NCBI GenBank assembly: GCA_029961055.1
Contig: JASBVM010000005.1
Coordinates: forward strand, 65,487 to 129,486
DNA: 64,000 nt
Source: Bacillota bacterium
GTDB taxonomy: Bacteria; Bacillota; Sulfobacillia; JAIMAT01
Direction: 5' to 3'
The position numbers were made by a program, and so were the translations under genes. A model generated the notes under the pieces. The model saw only the letters and a program-made list of their open reading frames with translations, did not search any database and had not been told where the DNA came from. Positions 41,079-50,295 of the stretch are shown here, in pieces (the stretch's first letter is position 1; each line of letters begins with the position of its first letter).

Positions 41079-41144
41079 GTGCGGTTCATCGTGATCCGGC
41101 TGCCGGCCTGGCTGCGCCCGCTGTTGCGCCGGCTGGCGGGCTGA
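41079..41144 (+). CDS. spoVM: SpoVM-like spore coat morphogenetic peptide (21 aa)
   Basis: AAGGAGG SD, GTG, MRFIVIRLPAWLRPLLRRLAG; resembles SpoVM MKFYTIKLPKFL (F3, I6, L8, P9, L12); convergent with rpmB as in B. subtilis. Confidence 0.85.
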   Translation: MRFIVIRLPAWLRPLLRRLAG

Positions 41145-41161
41145 ACCGGCCGCGGCGGCTG

Positions 41162-41186
41162 GCGGGGCGCCCCCCTGGCGCCCCGC
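41162..41186. terminator. GC hairpin between convergent spoVM and rpmB
   Basis: GCGGGGCGCC-CCCCT-GGCGCCCCGC; no U-tract. Confidence 0.4.
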
Positions 41187-41278
41187 GGCCGGCGGGCGCG
41201 CCGACCGGACGTCGAACGGAGGAAGCGAGCCTGCGACGGGGCTCCGCGCGGAGCTCCCGGTCCTTCGCCAGGCCTTCG

Positions 41279-41470
41279 CTAGACCGCGCGCCGAACCCGG
41301 CCCGAGCGGAGGCAACGGGTGCAGACGCGCAGCCTCCTCCTCCCCTCCGCGGTCTCGACGCTCACCCTCTGCAGGTTGGGGCGCCAGACCCGGTTCCCCT
41401 TCCGGTTGGAGTGGCTGACCGAATGTCCGAAGGCCACCTCGCGACCGCAGAGTTCGCATCGCCTGGACAC
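41279..41470 (-). CDS. rpmB: 50S ribosomal protein L28 (Zn-binding form)
   Basis: MSRRCELCG..GHSVSHS..RVWRPNLQ..VCTRCLRSG; GTG at 41470. Confidence 0.97.
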   Translation of the reverse strand: MSRRCELCGREVAFGHSVSHSNRKGNRVWRPNLQRVSVETAEGRRRLRVCTRCLRSGRVRRAV

Positions 41471-41515
41471 TGCCACCGCATCCTCTCGATCCAAGGCTGG
41501 AAACAGGCACCCCGC

Positions 41516-41593
41516 ATGCTACCATCCCGGCGCCGCGGGCCGCAACCGGGCCGGGGCCGTGGACCGGCCCGCCGGCTGGGCCTGTGCTATCAT
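41516..41593. promoter_or_regulatory. Divergent sigmaA promoters for rpmB (-) and asp23-fakA-recG (+)
   Basis: Minus: TTGCGG-18 nt-TAGCAT with TG extension (41516-41545). Plus: TGcTATCAT (41585-41593). Confidence 0.5.
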
Positions 41594-41657
41594 TTCTGCG
41601 TCGCTCTGCGTCGCCGGCCGGCCGCGTGCCGGCCCCAGGAAAGGATCGGTGAGCCGG

Positions 41658-42038
41658 ATGGGCCGCGAGATCGAGACGGCGCTCGGCACGGTGGAGATCA
41701 GCGAGGACGCGATCGCCATGTTGGCGGGGCACGCGCTGCAGCAGTGCTACGGCGTCACCGGGGTGGCCAGCCGCGGGCTGGAGGGGCTGGCCGGCGCCCT
41801 GGGGCTCGGCTCGCCCGGCCGCGGCATCTCCGTCCACCTGAGCGCGGAGCGGCTGACCCTCGACGTCGCCGTCGTCGTCGGCTTCGGCACCCGCATCTCG
41901 GAGGTCGCCCAGAACGCGCGCGAGCAGATCCGCTATAGCGTCGAGCAGGCGACGGGACTCAAGGTGGACCAGGTGAACATCGAGGTGGCGGATATCCAGC
42001 TCGACCGCCAGGAGCGTGGCGGGAGAGGCCGGCGCTGA
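41658..42038 (+). CDS. Asp23/Gls24 family protein (YloU)
   Basis: LGTVEISEDAIAMLAG..CYGVTG, GTRISEVAQN, IRYSVEQATGL..VNIEV; synteny rpmB-yloU-yloV. Confidence 0.93.
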   Translation: MGREIETALGTVEISEDAIAMLAGHALQQCYGVTGVASRGLEGLAGALGLGSPGRGISVHLSAERLTLDVAVVVGFGTRISEVAQNAREQIRYSVEQATGLKVDQVNIEVADIQLDRQERGGRGRR

Positions 42039-42054
42039 GCGCGGGGGGATCGCC

Positions 42055-43770
42055 TTGGAAGTGCGCGAGTTGAACGGGCGGGGACTGCTGGCGGCCACCG
42101 AGGCCGCGGCGGAGCGGCTGGCTCTGCACGAAGCCGAAGTCAACGCGCTCAACGTCTTCCCGGTGCCGGACGGCGACACGGGCAACAACATGAGCCAGAC
42201 GATCCAGAACGCGCTGCGCGAGGCCCAACGGTCCGGGAGTTCCCTGGGCGAGGTGGCCCGGGCCCTGGCCCAGGGGGCGCTGATGGGCGCGCGCGGCAAC
42301 TCCGGCGTCATCCTCTCGCAGCTTCTGCGCGGCTTCGCCGATGGGCTCCGGGGGATGGAGAGGGCGGGGCCCCAGCAGGTGGCGGCCGCCATGCGCCGCG
42401 GCGTGGAGACGGCCTACCGGGCGGTGATGAAGCCGGTCGAGGGAACGATCCTGACGGTCGCCCGGCGCGCCGCCGAGGCCGCGGAGGAAGCCGCGCGCCA
42501 GGGGGCCGGGCTCTCCCGCCTCCTCAGCCGCGCCCTGGAGGCGGCGCGGCAGGCGCTGGCCGAGACACCGCGGATGCTGGAGGTGCTGCGGCACGCAGGC
42601 GTCGTCGACTCCGGCGGGCAGGGCTTGGTCTACCTGCTGGAGGGCGCCAGCGAGAGGATCGGGACGGGCGGCGGGCTGGGGGTGGCCTCGCCACCCTCGG
42701 GCGCGGCGGCGCAGGCCGTGCCGGCCGCCGCCCTTCCCGCGGCGGAGGAGTCCGGGCAGGCCGAGAGGGCTGGTGGAGCCGGCCTTGCGGCCTACCGCGA
42801 GGAAGCGGTCCGCCAGATGGAGCACCCGTACGAGACGGAGTTCTTCCTGGTGGCCGCGGCGGGGCCCGATTTCCCGCGCTGGCGGCGGGAGCTGGCGGCC
42901 ATGGGCTCGAGCCTGGTGGTGGTGGAGGGGGAGCGGATGGCCCGCGTCCACATCCACACCGCGGACCCGGGCCGGGTGCTCAGCTGGGCGGTCCGACAGG
43001 GGGAGTTGCGTGACGTCAGCGTCGTCAACCTCCGCCTGCAGAGCGAGACGTACGCCCAGACCGCGGCCGGGGAGCGGGCGGCGGAGGCGGGCGAGCGTCC
43101 CGCTCCCGTGCCGGCGGTGGCGGTGGTGGCCGTCGTCCAGGGGGAGGGCATGGAGAGGGTCTACCGCTCGCTGGGAGCCCGCCGCCTCGTCCGCGCCGGT
43201 GCCACCTTCAACCCCAGCACCGAGGAGATCCTGGAGGCGATCCGCTCCGTGCCGGAGGAGGCGGTGATCGTCCTGCCCAACCACCGGAACGTCCGGATGG
43301 CGGCGGAGCAGGCGGCTCGCCTGGCCGTCGGCCGCCGCGTGGAGGTGGTTCCCACCGCGGACATGGCCCAGGGGATCGCGGCGCTGATGAACTTCGTGCC
43401 CGACCAGGGCCTCGAGGCGAGCCTCTCCGCGATGCGGGAGGCGCTGGCCTCGGTGCGCACGGGCATGGTGACCCGGGCGGTGCGGGAGGCGACGCTGGAC
43501 GGCGTCGAGGTGCGGGAGGGCGAATTCCTGGCGCTGCACGGGAACGAGCTGGTCCACGCCGGTCCGGACCTGGAGGAGACGACCCTGGCGCTGGTCGAGC
43601 GGCTGGCGGGCGAAGACGCCCGTCTGATCACCCTCATCTACGGCGAAGGGGTGGACGAGGGCCGGGCGAAGGCTCTGGCCCGGCAGGTGGAGCAGGCGGT
43701 GCCGGCCTGCGAAGTCCAGGTGGAGCGCGGCGACCAGCCCCTCTACCCCTACCTGGTCGCCGCGGAGTAA
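42055..43770 (+). CDS. fakA: DAK2-domain fatty acid kinase subunit FakA (YloV)
   Basis: NALNVFPVPDGDTG, GARGNSGVILSQ, PVEGTILTV, VVDSGG, VHIHT, NPSTE, QPLYPYLV; TTG 42055. Confidence 0.93.
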   Translation: MEVRELNGRGLLAATEAAAERLALHEAEVNALNVFPVPDGDTGNNMSQTIQNALREAQRSGSSLGEVARALAQGALMGARGNSGVILSQLLRGFADGLRGMERAGPQQVAAAMRRGVETAYRAVMKPVEGTILTVARRAAEAAEEAARQGAGLSRLLSRALEAARQALAETPRMLEVLRHAGVVDSGGQGLVYLLEGASERIGTGGGLGVASPPSGAAAQAVPAAALPAAEESGQAERAGGAGLAAYREEAVRQMEHPYETEFFLVAAAGPDFPRWRRELAAMGSSLVVVEGERMARVHIHTADPGRVLSWAVRQGELRDVSVVNLRLQSETYAQTAAGERAAEAGERPAPVPAVAVVAVVQGEGMERVYRSLGARRLVRAGATFNPSTEEILEAIRSVPEEAVIVLPNHRNVRMAAEQAARLAVGRRVEVVPTADMAQGIAALMNFVPDQGLEASLSAMREALASVRTGMVTRAVREATLDGVEVREGEFLALHGNELVHAGPDLEETTLALVERLAGEDARLITLIYGEGVDEGRAKALARQVEQAVPACEVQVERGDQPLYPYLVAAE

Positions 43771-43796
43771 GCGCCGGAGCGAGCCTGCGGACCGCC

Positions 43797-46235
43797 ATGG
43801 AGACGGCTACCGATCAGGTGGCTCGCGAGCTGCGGGCCATCCTGCGCCAGGAAGAACGGGACGGCTTCCGCGACCGGACGGTGGTGGGCGGCGTCGCCGC
43901 CTACGTGGAGAGACGACTGGAACCCCTGCGGCGCCAGGCCCACACGGACGACGACGGGGCCGGTGGCCTGGCGGCTTGGCTGGCCGAGGTCAGCCGGCTC
44001 CTGCGGACTTACGCCGAGGCGCCGCCGGAGCGGCGGCCGGCCCTGGCCCGGGCGCTCCGGGCACGGCTCGGGACGGGGTCCGACCTCGAGCGCGGGCCTG
44101 GATCCGGACCTGGAACCGGGTCCGGGCGCGGGGAGAAACCCTCGCCCGCCGATCCGGTCACGCGCCTGCGCGGCGTGGGCGGCCGGCAGGCGGCAGCCCT
44201 GGCGCGCCTGGAGATCCGGACCGTGGCCGACCTGCTCTTCCACCTCCCCCTGCGGTACGAAGACTGGCGCCAGCCCGTGCCCGTCGCCCGCCTGGAGAGC
44301 GGCCGGGAGCAGCTGGTGCTGGGCGAGGTGGTGGCGGTCCGCCGCTGGCAGGCCCGCCGGGGGATGGAGCTGGTGGACGCGGTCCTGCGGGACGGGAGCG
44401 GGACGCTCGTCCTCCGCTGGTTCAACCAGCCCTTCCGCGAGCGGCAGCTTCCCCCGGGTGCCCGCCTGGCCGCCTTCGGCCGGGTGGAGCAGTTCCGCGG
44501 CCGCTGGCTGATGCAGAGTCCTGACGTGGAGCCGGCGGACGAGGCGGGCGGCCGGCTGGGCCGGCTGGTGCCCGTCTATCCCGCCGGGCAGGGTCTCTCC
44601 CAGGGACTCCTGCGGCAATGGTGCCGGCAGGCGGTGGAGGGATCCGCGGACGAGACGGGGGCCGTGCCGGAGGAGGTCCGCCGGCGCCAGGGCTTCCTGG
44701 CGCAGGGCGAAGCCTGGCGCGCCGTCCACCTGCCGCGGTCGCCGGAAGAGGCGGAGCTGGGCCGGCGGAGCCTCGCCTTCGAGGAGCTCTGGCTCCTGGA
44801 GCTGGGCATCGGCCTCCTCCGCCGGCGGGCGCGGGAGGGGCTGCCGGGCGTTCGCCACCGGCCGGACGGCCGGCGGGTGCGCGCCTTCCGGGAGGGGCTC
44901 CCCTACCGGCTGACCGCCGGTCAGGAGCAGGCCTGGCGCGAGATCGAGGCGGACATGGAGGGGCCGCTCAGCATGAACCGGCTCCTCCAGGGCGACGTGG
45001 GCGCGGGAAAGACGGTGCTGGCGGCGATGACGCTGTTGAAGAGCGTCGACTCCGGCTACCAGGGCGCCCTGATGGCCCCGACCGAGATCCTGGCGGAGCA
45101 GCACTGGCTCCTCCTGGCGCCGCGCTTCGCCCGGCTGGGCGTGGAGGTGGGGCTCCTGCGCGGCGGCCTCTCCCCCGGCGAGCGGGCCGAACTCCTGGAT
45201 CGGCTGGCCCGGGGCCGGCTCCCGGTGGTGGTGGGGACGCACGCCCTGCTCGAGGAGGACGTCCGCTTCGCCCGCCTGGGCGCCGTGGTGATCGACGAGC
45301 AGCACCGCTTCGGCGTGGAGCAGCGGGCGGCGCTCCAGCAGAAGGCGGCGCGGCTGGGGGTCCGGCCGGACGTCCTGGTGATGACGGCCACGCCCATCCC
45401 GCGGACGCTGGCGCTCACCCTCTACGGCGACCTGGACCTCTCGGTGCTGCGCGAGCTGCCGCCGGGCAGGAAGCCCGTCCGGACCCGGCTCTTCCCTCCC
45501 TCGGCGCGGGAGGAGGCGTACCGGCGGCTGGAGCGCCACCTGCGCGCGGGCCACCGGGCCTACGTGGTCTGCCCGCGCATCGGCGAGGGCGTCGAGGAGG
45601 AAGGGGAGGAGCAAGAGAGCGGGGTCGCGGCGGCCGCGCCCGGCGTGACCGCGCTCGCCCGCGAGCTGGAGCGCCGCCATCCGGAATGGCGGGTCGGCCT
45701 GCTCCACGGCCGCCTTCCTGTGCGGGAGAAGGCGGCGGTGATGGAGGCCTTCTCCCGCGGCCAGATCCAGGTGCTGGTGGCCACCACGGTGGTGGAGGTG
45801 GGCCTGGATGTGCCGGAGGCGACGGTCATCCTGATCGAGGGCGCCGACCTCTTCGGGCTGGCGCAGCTCCACCAGCTGCGGGGGCGGGTGGGCCGCGGCC
45901 GGGTCGCCTCGGAGTGCCTCCTGGTCGCCTCCCGCGAGGGCGGCCAGGGCTGGGAGCGCCTCCAGGTGCTGGCCGAGACCGGTGACGGCTTCGCGCTGGC
46001 CGAGGCGGACCTCGCCCTGCGGGGGCCGGGCGAGTTCCTGGGCCGGCGACAGCACGGGCTGCCGCAGTTGCGGGCGGCCGACCCGGCCGGAGACCGGGAG
46101 CTCCTGGAGTCGGCCCGGGCGGAGAGCGAGCGGCTCCTGGCCGGCGACCCGCGCCTGGAGCGACCGGAACACCGCTTTCTCCGCCGGGAGCTGGTGCGCC
46201 GCTTTCCCCAGCTCGACCTCTTCTTCACCGGGTAG
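43797..46235 (+). CDS. recG: ATP-dependent DNA helicase RecG
   Basis: WFNQP, MNRLLQGDVGAGKT, MAPTEILAEQH, IDEQHRFGV, MTATPIPRT, QLHQLRGRVGRG, RGPGE. Confidence 0.98.
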   Translation: METATDQVARELRAILRQEERDGFRDRTVVGGVAAYVERRLEPLRRQAHTDDDGAGGLAAWLAEVSRLLRTYAEAPPERRPALARALRARLGTGSDLERGPGSGPGTGSGRGEKPSPADPVTRLRGVGGRQAAALARLEIRTVADLLFHLPLRYEDWRQPVPVARLESGREQLVLGEVVAVRRWQARRGMELVDAVLRDGSGTLVLRWFNQPFRERQLPPGARLAAFGRVEQFRGRWLMQSPDVEPADEAGGRLGRLVPVYPAGQGLSQGLLRQWCRQAVEGSADETGAVPEEVRRRQGFLAQGEAWRAVHLPRSPEEAELGRRSLAFEELWLLELGIGLLRRRAREGLPGVRHRPDGRRVRAFREGLPYRLTAGQEQAWREIEADMEGPLSMNRLLQGDVGAGKTVLAAMTLLKSVDSGYQGALMAPTEILAEQHWLLLAPRFARLGVEVGLLRGGLSPGERAELLDRLARGRLPVVVGTHALLEEDVRFARLGAVVIDEQHRFGVEQRAALQQKAARLGVRPDVLVMTATPIPRTLALTLYGDLDLSVLRELPPGRKPVRTRLFPPSAREEAYRRLERHLRAGHRAYVVCPRIGEGVEEEGEEQESGVAAAAPGVTALARELERRHPEWRVGLLHGRLPVREKAAVMEAFSRGQIQVLVATTVVEVGLDVPEATVILIEGADLFGLAQLHQLRGRVGRGRVASECLLVASREGGQGWERLQVLAETGDGFALAEADLALRGPGEFLGRRQHGLPQLRAADPAGDRELLESARAESERLLAGDPRLERPEHRFLRRELVRRFPQLDLFFTG

Positions 46236-46248
46236 GAGCCGGCGGGAC

Positions 46249-46283
46249 GGGGAGGGCCGCCCCACCCCGGGGCGGCCCTCCCC
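46249..46283. terminator. Perfect 15-bp hairpin between convergent recG and lipoprotein genes
   Basis: GGGGAGGGCCGCCCC-ACCCC-GGGGCGGCCCTCCCC. Confidence 0.65.
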
Positions 46284-46320
46284 CTCGGTCCGTTCGCGGG
46301 TTCCGGCGCACCCGGGCGGA

Positions 46321-47526
46321 TCAGCGGATCACCGCCGGGTCGACGAAGTAGACGTGCTGGCTCCAGAAGAACTGGCCCATGGTCGGGTCGTAGGAAGGCC
46401 GGTTGGGCTCCTGGTCATAGAAGCGCTGCCAGCCGTTCCCCGTCTGGTCGGCGGGGAAGGCACCGGCCAACGCCACCACGCGCCCCTTGCGGTCGGTCAT
46501 CACCTCGATGCCGGGTCCCTTGTGACCCCAGTGCTGCCCCATGCCCAGCATATAGGGACCCATTTTCTGGAGCCGGCCCAACTGCGGGTTGTACCGGAGC
46601 AGGGTGGAGAGGCTGGACAACCCGTAGGTGGCTCCGGCCGTCCCGGTGACGCTGGCGGTGTTCGGCCAGGCGGTGCCCGGTACCCCCGGGGGCGGTGGCG
46701 TCCCCGGCATCCAGCCCGTCCGGGTCCCCGGGGCGGTACCCGTCCGCCCGGGGGCGGCTGTGCCCGGACCTGTGATGCCCACGCTCCCGGGACCCGCCGT
46801 ACCCGGAGCGGTGGGGCCCGTCGTCCCGGGACCCGCCGGCCCGGTGACGGTCCCGGTGGTGCCGGTGGTTCCTCCCGTGGTGCCGGGCGCGCCGGGACGG
46901 GTGGCGGTTCCGGGGGTGGTCGCGGACCGCCCGCCGGGCGGGACCAGGTAGAGCGTCTGGGTGGTCCACCCGTTGCCTGCTCCGATCCCGGGGACGGCAC
47001 CCGTGGTGCCACCCGCGGTGCCGGCCCCCGTGGGGGTTCCCGTCGCGCCCGTCCCCGTCGTCCCGCCTCCGGGGGTGCCCGCCGCGCCGCCGCCGTCGTA
47101 CCAGGGTTGGCGGCCCGCGGAAGCCGGGATGCGTGCCCGCACCCCGATCACGTTGCCGGCGCGATCGACCAGGAACTGGAGGGAGGGCACGTCCTTCGTC
47201 TTGGGCGTATAGATGCGGGCGGCCCGGGGGTCGTCGCTGGGCTGGGCGACGTAGTCGGCCAGCTTGGAGTTGGCTTGTACCAGCGTGCTCCAGGCGACCG
47301 GCCGGCTGAGCGAAGCGGGATCGAAGACGCTGGCCGGGAGCATGACCGTTCCCCTCGTCCCTCCCGGCACCAGTTGCGCCCTCCCGGTCTGGGCGGGACC
47401 CGGCGGGTTGGTCCGGCGGGCGGTCCCGCCGGGGGTTGTGCAGGCCGAGGCGGCCAGCGCTCCTGCGAGCAGGAGGACCGGGAGCCCCCAAGCTCCTCGA
47501 CGGATCTTGCCTCTCACGGCTTCCAC
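46321..47526 (-). CDS. Uncharacterised lipoprotein with a duplicated domain and Gly/Thr/Pro-rich linkers
   Basis: Signal peptide with lipobox LAASA-C29; SD GGAGGGG; two similar globular segments; (T)PGT repeats. Confidence 0.8.
   Translation of the reverse strand: MEAVRGKIRRGAWGLPVLLLAGALAASACTTPGGTARRTNPPGPAQTGRAQLVPGGTRGTVMLPASVFDPASLSRPVAWSTLVQANSKLADYVAQPSDDPRAARIYTPKTKDVPSLQFLVDRAGNVIGVRARIPASAGRQPWYDGGGAAGTPGGGTTGTGATGTPTGAGTAGGTTGAVPGIGAGNGWTTQTLYLVPPGGRSATTPGTATRPGAPGTTGGTTGTTGTVTGPAGPGTTGPTAPGTAGPGSVGITGPGTAAPGRTGTAPGTRTGWMPGTPPPPGVPGTAWPNTASVTGTAGATYGLSSLSTLLRYNPQLGRLQKMGPYMLGMGQHWGHKGPGIEVMTDRKGRVVALAGAFPADQTGNGWQRFYDQEPNRPSYDPTMGQFFWSQHVYFVDPAVIR
46640..47095 (-). repeat. Low-complexity PGT/GTT coding repeats
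   Basis: GTPGGGTTGTGATGTPTG..., TPGTATRPGAPGTTGGTTGTTGTVTGPAGPGTTGPTAPGT...; boundaries approximate. Confidence 0.75.
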
Positions 47527-47676
47527 TCCCCTCCGGCCCGGTCGGCACGGATTGGGAGCCTTCCGGGCGGCACTTCGTTCGAATGCCGCGGCCTAGTATT
47601 CCCGGAAGACGATCCCGTGATCGGCGAACGGTTCGGTCGAAGGTCCTCAGGGCGCGGCCGGACCGGTCCACGCCGC

Positions 47677-48387
47677 TCAGCCGAAGGCGGAGATGGCGCG
47701 CGCCAGCGCGTAGGCGACCGCCGCCGCGACGCCGCCCACCAGCGCCGTCTGCGCGGAGGAGCGGAGGGGAGGGACGCCGGTGAAGCTCCCCTTGAGCCAG
47801 CCGAAGACGAGGAGGGCGCCCAGGGTGACCGCGGCCGAGAGGAGGAGCGCGCTGTGCGTGGGGATCGGCAGGAGGTAGGGCGCCAGCGGGATGATGCCGC
47901 CGGCCACGTAGCTGCCGCCGATGGTCAGCCCGGAGCGGCGGGCACGGCCGGGCTCGGGCTCCTCCAGGCCCAGCTCCTCCCGCATCATGAAGCGGACCCA
48001 GGCCTCGCGGTCGGAGGCGACGGCGCCCACCGCCTGCTCCAGCGTGGCACCCTGCAGGCCGTAGCGCTCGAAGATCTCGCGCACCTCCTGGCGCTCCACC
48101 TCCGGCAGCTCCGCGACCTCCTGCCGCTCGCGCCGCAGCTCGCTCTCGTAGGTCTCACGCTCGCTCCGAGCCGCCAGGTAGCCGCCCAGGCCCATGCTGA
48201 TCGCACCGGCGGCCAGCTCGGCGAAACCCGCGACGACGACCAGGAAGTTCTGCGCCACGGCTCCCGAGATTCCGGCCGCCAGGGCGAAGGGGACCGTCAG
48301 GCCGTCGGACATGCCGAGGATGATGTCGCGGATCCAGGCGCCACCGGTGAAGTGCTGCTCGACGTGCTTGCCCCGGGTCGTCTCCAT
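47677..48387 (-). CDS. VIT1/CCC1 family Fe/Mn transporter
   Basis: RDIILGMSDGLTVPFALAAG, AELAAGAISMGLGGYL, FMMREELGL; ATG 48387 after GGAGGAGG. Confidence 0.95.
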   Translation of the reverse strand: METTRGKHVEQHFTGGAWIRDIILGMSDGLTVPFALAAGISGAVAQNFLVVVAGFAELAAGAISMGLGGYLAARSERETYESELRRERQEVAELPEVERQEVREIFERYGLQGATLEQAVGAVASDREAWVRFMMREELGLEEPEPGRARRSGLTIGGSYVAGGIIPLAPYLLPIPTHSALLLSAAVTLGALLVFGWLKGSFTGVPPLRSSAQTALVGGVAAAVAYALARAISAFG

Positions 48388-48449
48388 GACCCTGACCGCC
48401 TCCTCCACCAGGGTGGATGATAACCTACGCGGGATGGGAGGTGCTCGAC

Positions 48450-49235
48450 GTGCGACTGGAGGTACTCGGCTTCTGGGGGGGCTATCCTGGCCCCGGCGGC
48501 GCCAGCGCGGGCTACCTGCTCTCCGGGGAGGAGGCCGGTGGGGGCGAGATCCTGCTGGACTGCGGCTCCGGCGTGCTCGGCCGGCTGCTGGCGAGCGAGG
48601 GGCTGGACGGTTTGCGGCGGCTCAAGGCGGTCTTCCTCTCCCACCTCCACCACGACCATGCGGCCGATCTGGGTGTCCTCTCCCAGGCGCTCGTGGTGGA
48701 GTCGTATCGCGGTTTCACCCGGGCGCCCCTGCCCGTCTACGCGCCCGAGCAGGCGCTGGAGCGCGCCCGCTTCTACCTGGCCGGGGATCCCTGGACGGAG
48801 CTCCGGCCGCTCCGCGTGGGCGAGAGCGTCCAGGAAGGGGCCTTCCGGGTGGAGGTGGCCCCGGCCCGCCACCCGGTGCCCGCGCTCGCCCTCCGCGTCG
48901 AGAGCGGCGGCGCCAGCCTGGTCTACACCGGCGACACCGCCACCAGCCCGGAGGTGGAGGCGCTGGCCGCGGGCAGCGACCTCCTCCTGGCCGAGGCCAC
49001 GCTCCGTGCGGGCGAGGACGGTTCCCGGGCGGGCCACCTGACGGCGGAAGAGGCCGGCAAGATGGCGCGGCGGGCGGGAGTGGCCGCCCTGCTGATCACG
49101 CACCTGCCTCCCTTCGGCGACCTCGAACGGCTGGAGAGGGAAGCGCGCGAGGCGTTCGCCGGCCCGACGCGGCGGGCGCGGGAGGGGCTGAGCCTGGAGG
49201 TGGGGAGCGAGCGCGGCCGCGACGACGGCTCCTAG
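48450..49235 (+). CDS. MBL-fold hydrolase (YhfI/RNase Z-like)
   Basis: VLGFWGGYP, LLDCGSG, SHLHHDH, HPV, YTGDT, GHLT, THLPP; GTG 48450 after GGAGGTG. Confidence 0.92.
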   Translation: MRLEVLGFWGGYPGPGGASAGYLLSGEEAGGGEILLDCGSGVLGRLLASEGLDGLRRLKAVFLSHLHHDHAADLGVLSQALVVESYRGFTRAPLPVYAPEQALERARFYLAGDPWTELRPLRVGESVQEGAFRVEVAPARHPVPALALRVESGGASLVYTGDTATSPEVEALAAGSDLLLAEATLRAGEDGSRAGHLTAEEAGKMARRAGVAALLITHLPPFGDLERLEREAREAFAGPTRRAREGLSLEVGSERGRDDGS

Positions 49236-49269
49236 CCCGCAGGCGCGACCGGGGCGGGGAGGACGACGA

Positions 49270-50295
49270 CTACTCCGGGCCCATCGCCGGATTCCGGCCC
49301 TTGAAGACGGCGAAGAGGAGAGCCAACGCCGGCACCAGCAGCAGGAGGCCCCAGGGCAGGAGGGCGAGCACCTGGCGGAGGACCGCGCCGGGAGCCGCGG
49401 CGGCGGCGGCGGTCCATTCGCCGGCGACCAGCCAGGGCCACGAGGCGGCGGCCCAACCGGCCCAGACCAGGAGGACGAGGCTGCCGGTCCAGAGGCGGGC
49501 CACCTCGGGGTGCCGGAGGGCCAGGGCGACCGCGTCCAGGACGGCGGCCAGCGCCGCCAGCAGGACCCAGGGCAGGCCGGGGCCCCCGGCGAGGCGCGGG
49601 CCCAGCCAGGGCGCCGCCTGCTGCGCGGCGACCAGTGCCAGCGCCGCCAGCAGCGCGAAGACCGCCAGGCTTCTCGTGGCGCGCCGGAGAAAACGGCGGC
49701 GGAGCTCGTCCCGGCTTTCCACCGCCAGGTAGACCGCCGCCTCCAGCGCTCCGGCGGCCACCGTGGCGAGACCGACCAGCACGGCGAAGGGCGACCACCA
49801 GACCAGCCCCGGTTGCGCCGCGGCGGCCAGGCTCAGCCCCAGGAAGAAGGGCGCGATCAGGCTGCCGGCGCCGAAGACGGCGCCCCACCGGTCGGCGGCG
49901 GGATCGCCGCCGGCGGCCTTCCGGCCGTGGGCAAGGAAGACGAAGGCGGCCCCGCGCAGGATGATGCCGGCCAGCGCCAGGTGGAGCGGGACGAAGAGCC
50001 CCGTGCCCAGCCGGGCGAAGGCGCGGGGGAAGGCGGTGAAGAGGAGGACCAGCGCGAAGATCAGCCAGACGTGGTTCGCCTCCCAGACCGGTCCCATGCC
50101 GCGCGCCACCGCCCGCCGCTCGGCCGTCGCCCACCCGCCCCTGGCGACCAGGTTCCACAGCCCGGCGCCGAAGTCGGCCAGGCCGAAGAGCGCGTAGACC
50201 CCGAGGACCACGGCCAGGAGGAGCCCGGCCGCTGCCACGGGCCCTCCCTGCCCGTCCGGGATGGAAACCGGCAGTCCGCCCGGTTCAGTGGGCAC
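49270..50295 (-). CDS. cydB: Cytochrome bd oxidase subunit II
   Basis: ADFGAG, GPVWEANHVWLIF, FPRAF, ILRGAAF. Confidence 0.92.
   Translation of the reverse strand: MPTEPGGLPVSIPDGQGGPVAAAGLLLAVVLGVYALFGLADFGAGLWNLVARGGWATAERRAVARGMGPVWEANHVWLIFALVLLFTAFPRAFARLGTGLFVPLHLALAGIILRGAAFVFLAHGRKAAGGDPAADRWGAVFGAGSLIAPFFLGLSLAAAAQPGLVWWSPFAVLVGLATVAAGALEAAVYLAVESRDELRRRFLRRATRSLAVFALLAALALVAAQQAAPWLGPRLAGGPGLPWVLLAALAAVLDAVALALRHPEVARLWTGSLVLLVWAGWAAASWPWLVAGEWTAAAAAAPGAVLRQVLALLPWGLLLLVPALALLFAVFKGRNPAMGPE

Noticed and set aside
46640..47095. Repetitive DNA as a CRISPR array or mobile repeat
   Set aside because: Irregular, in-frame coding low-complexity sequence; no constant repeat-spacer pattern and no cas or transposase genes.
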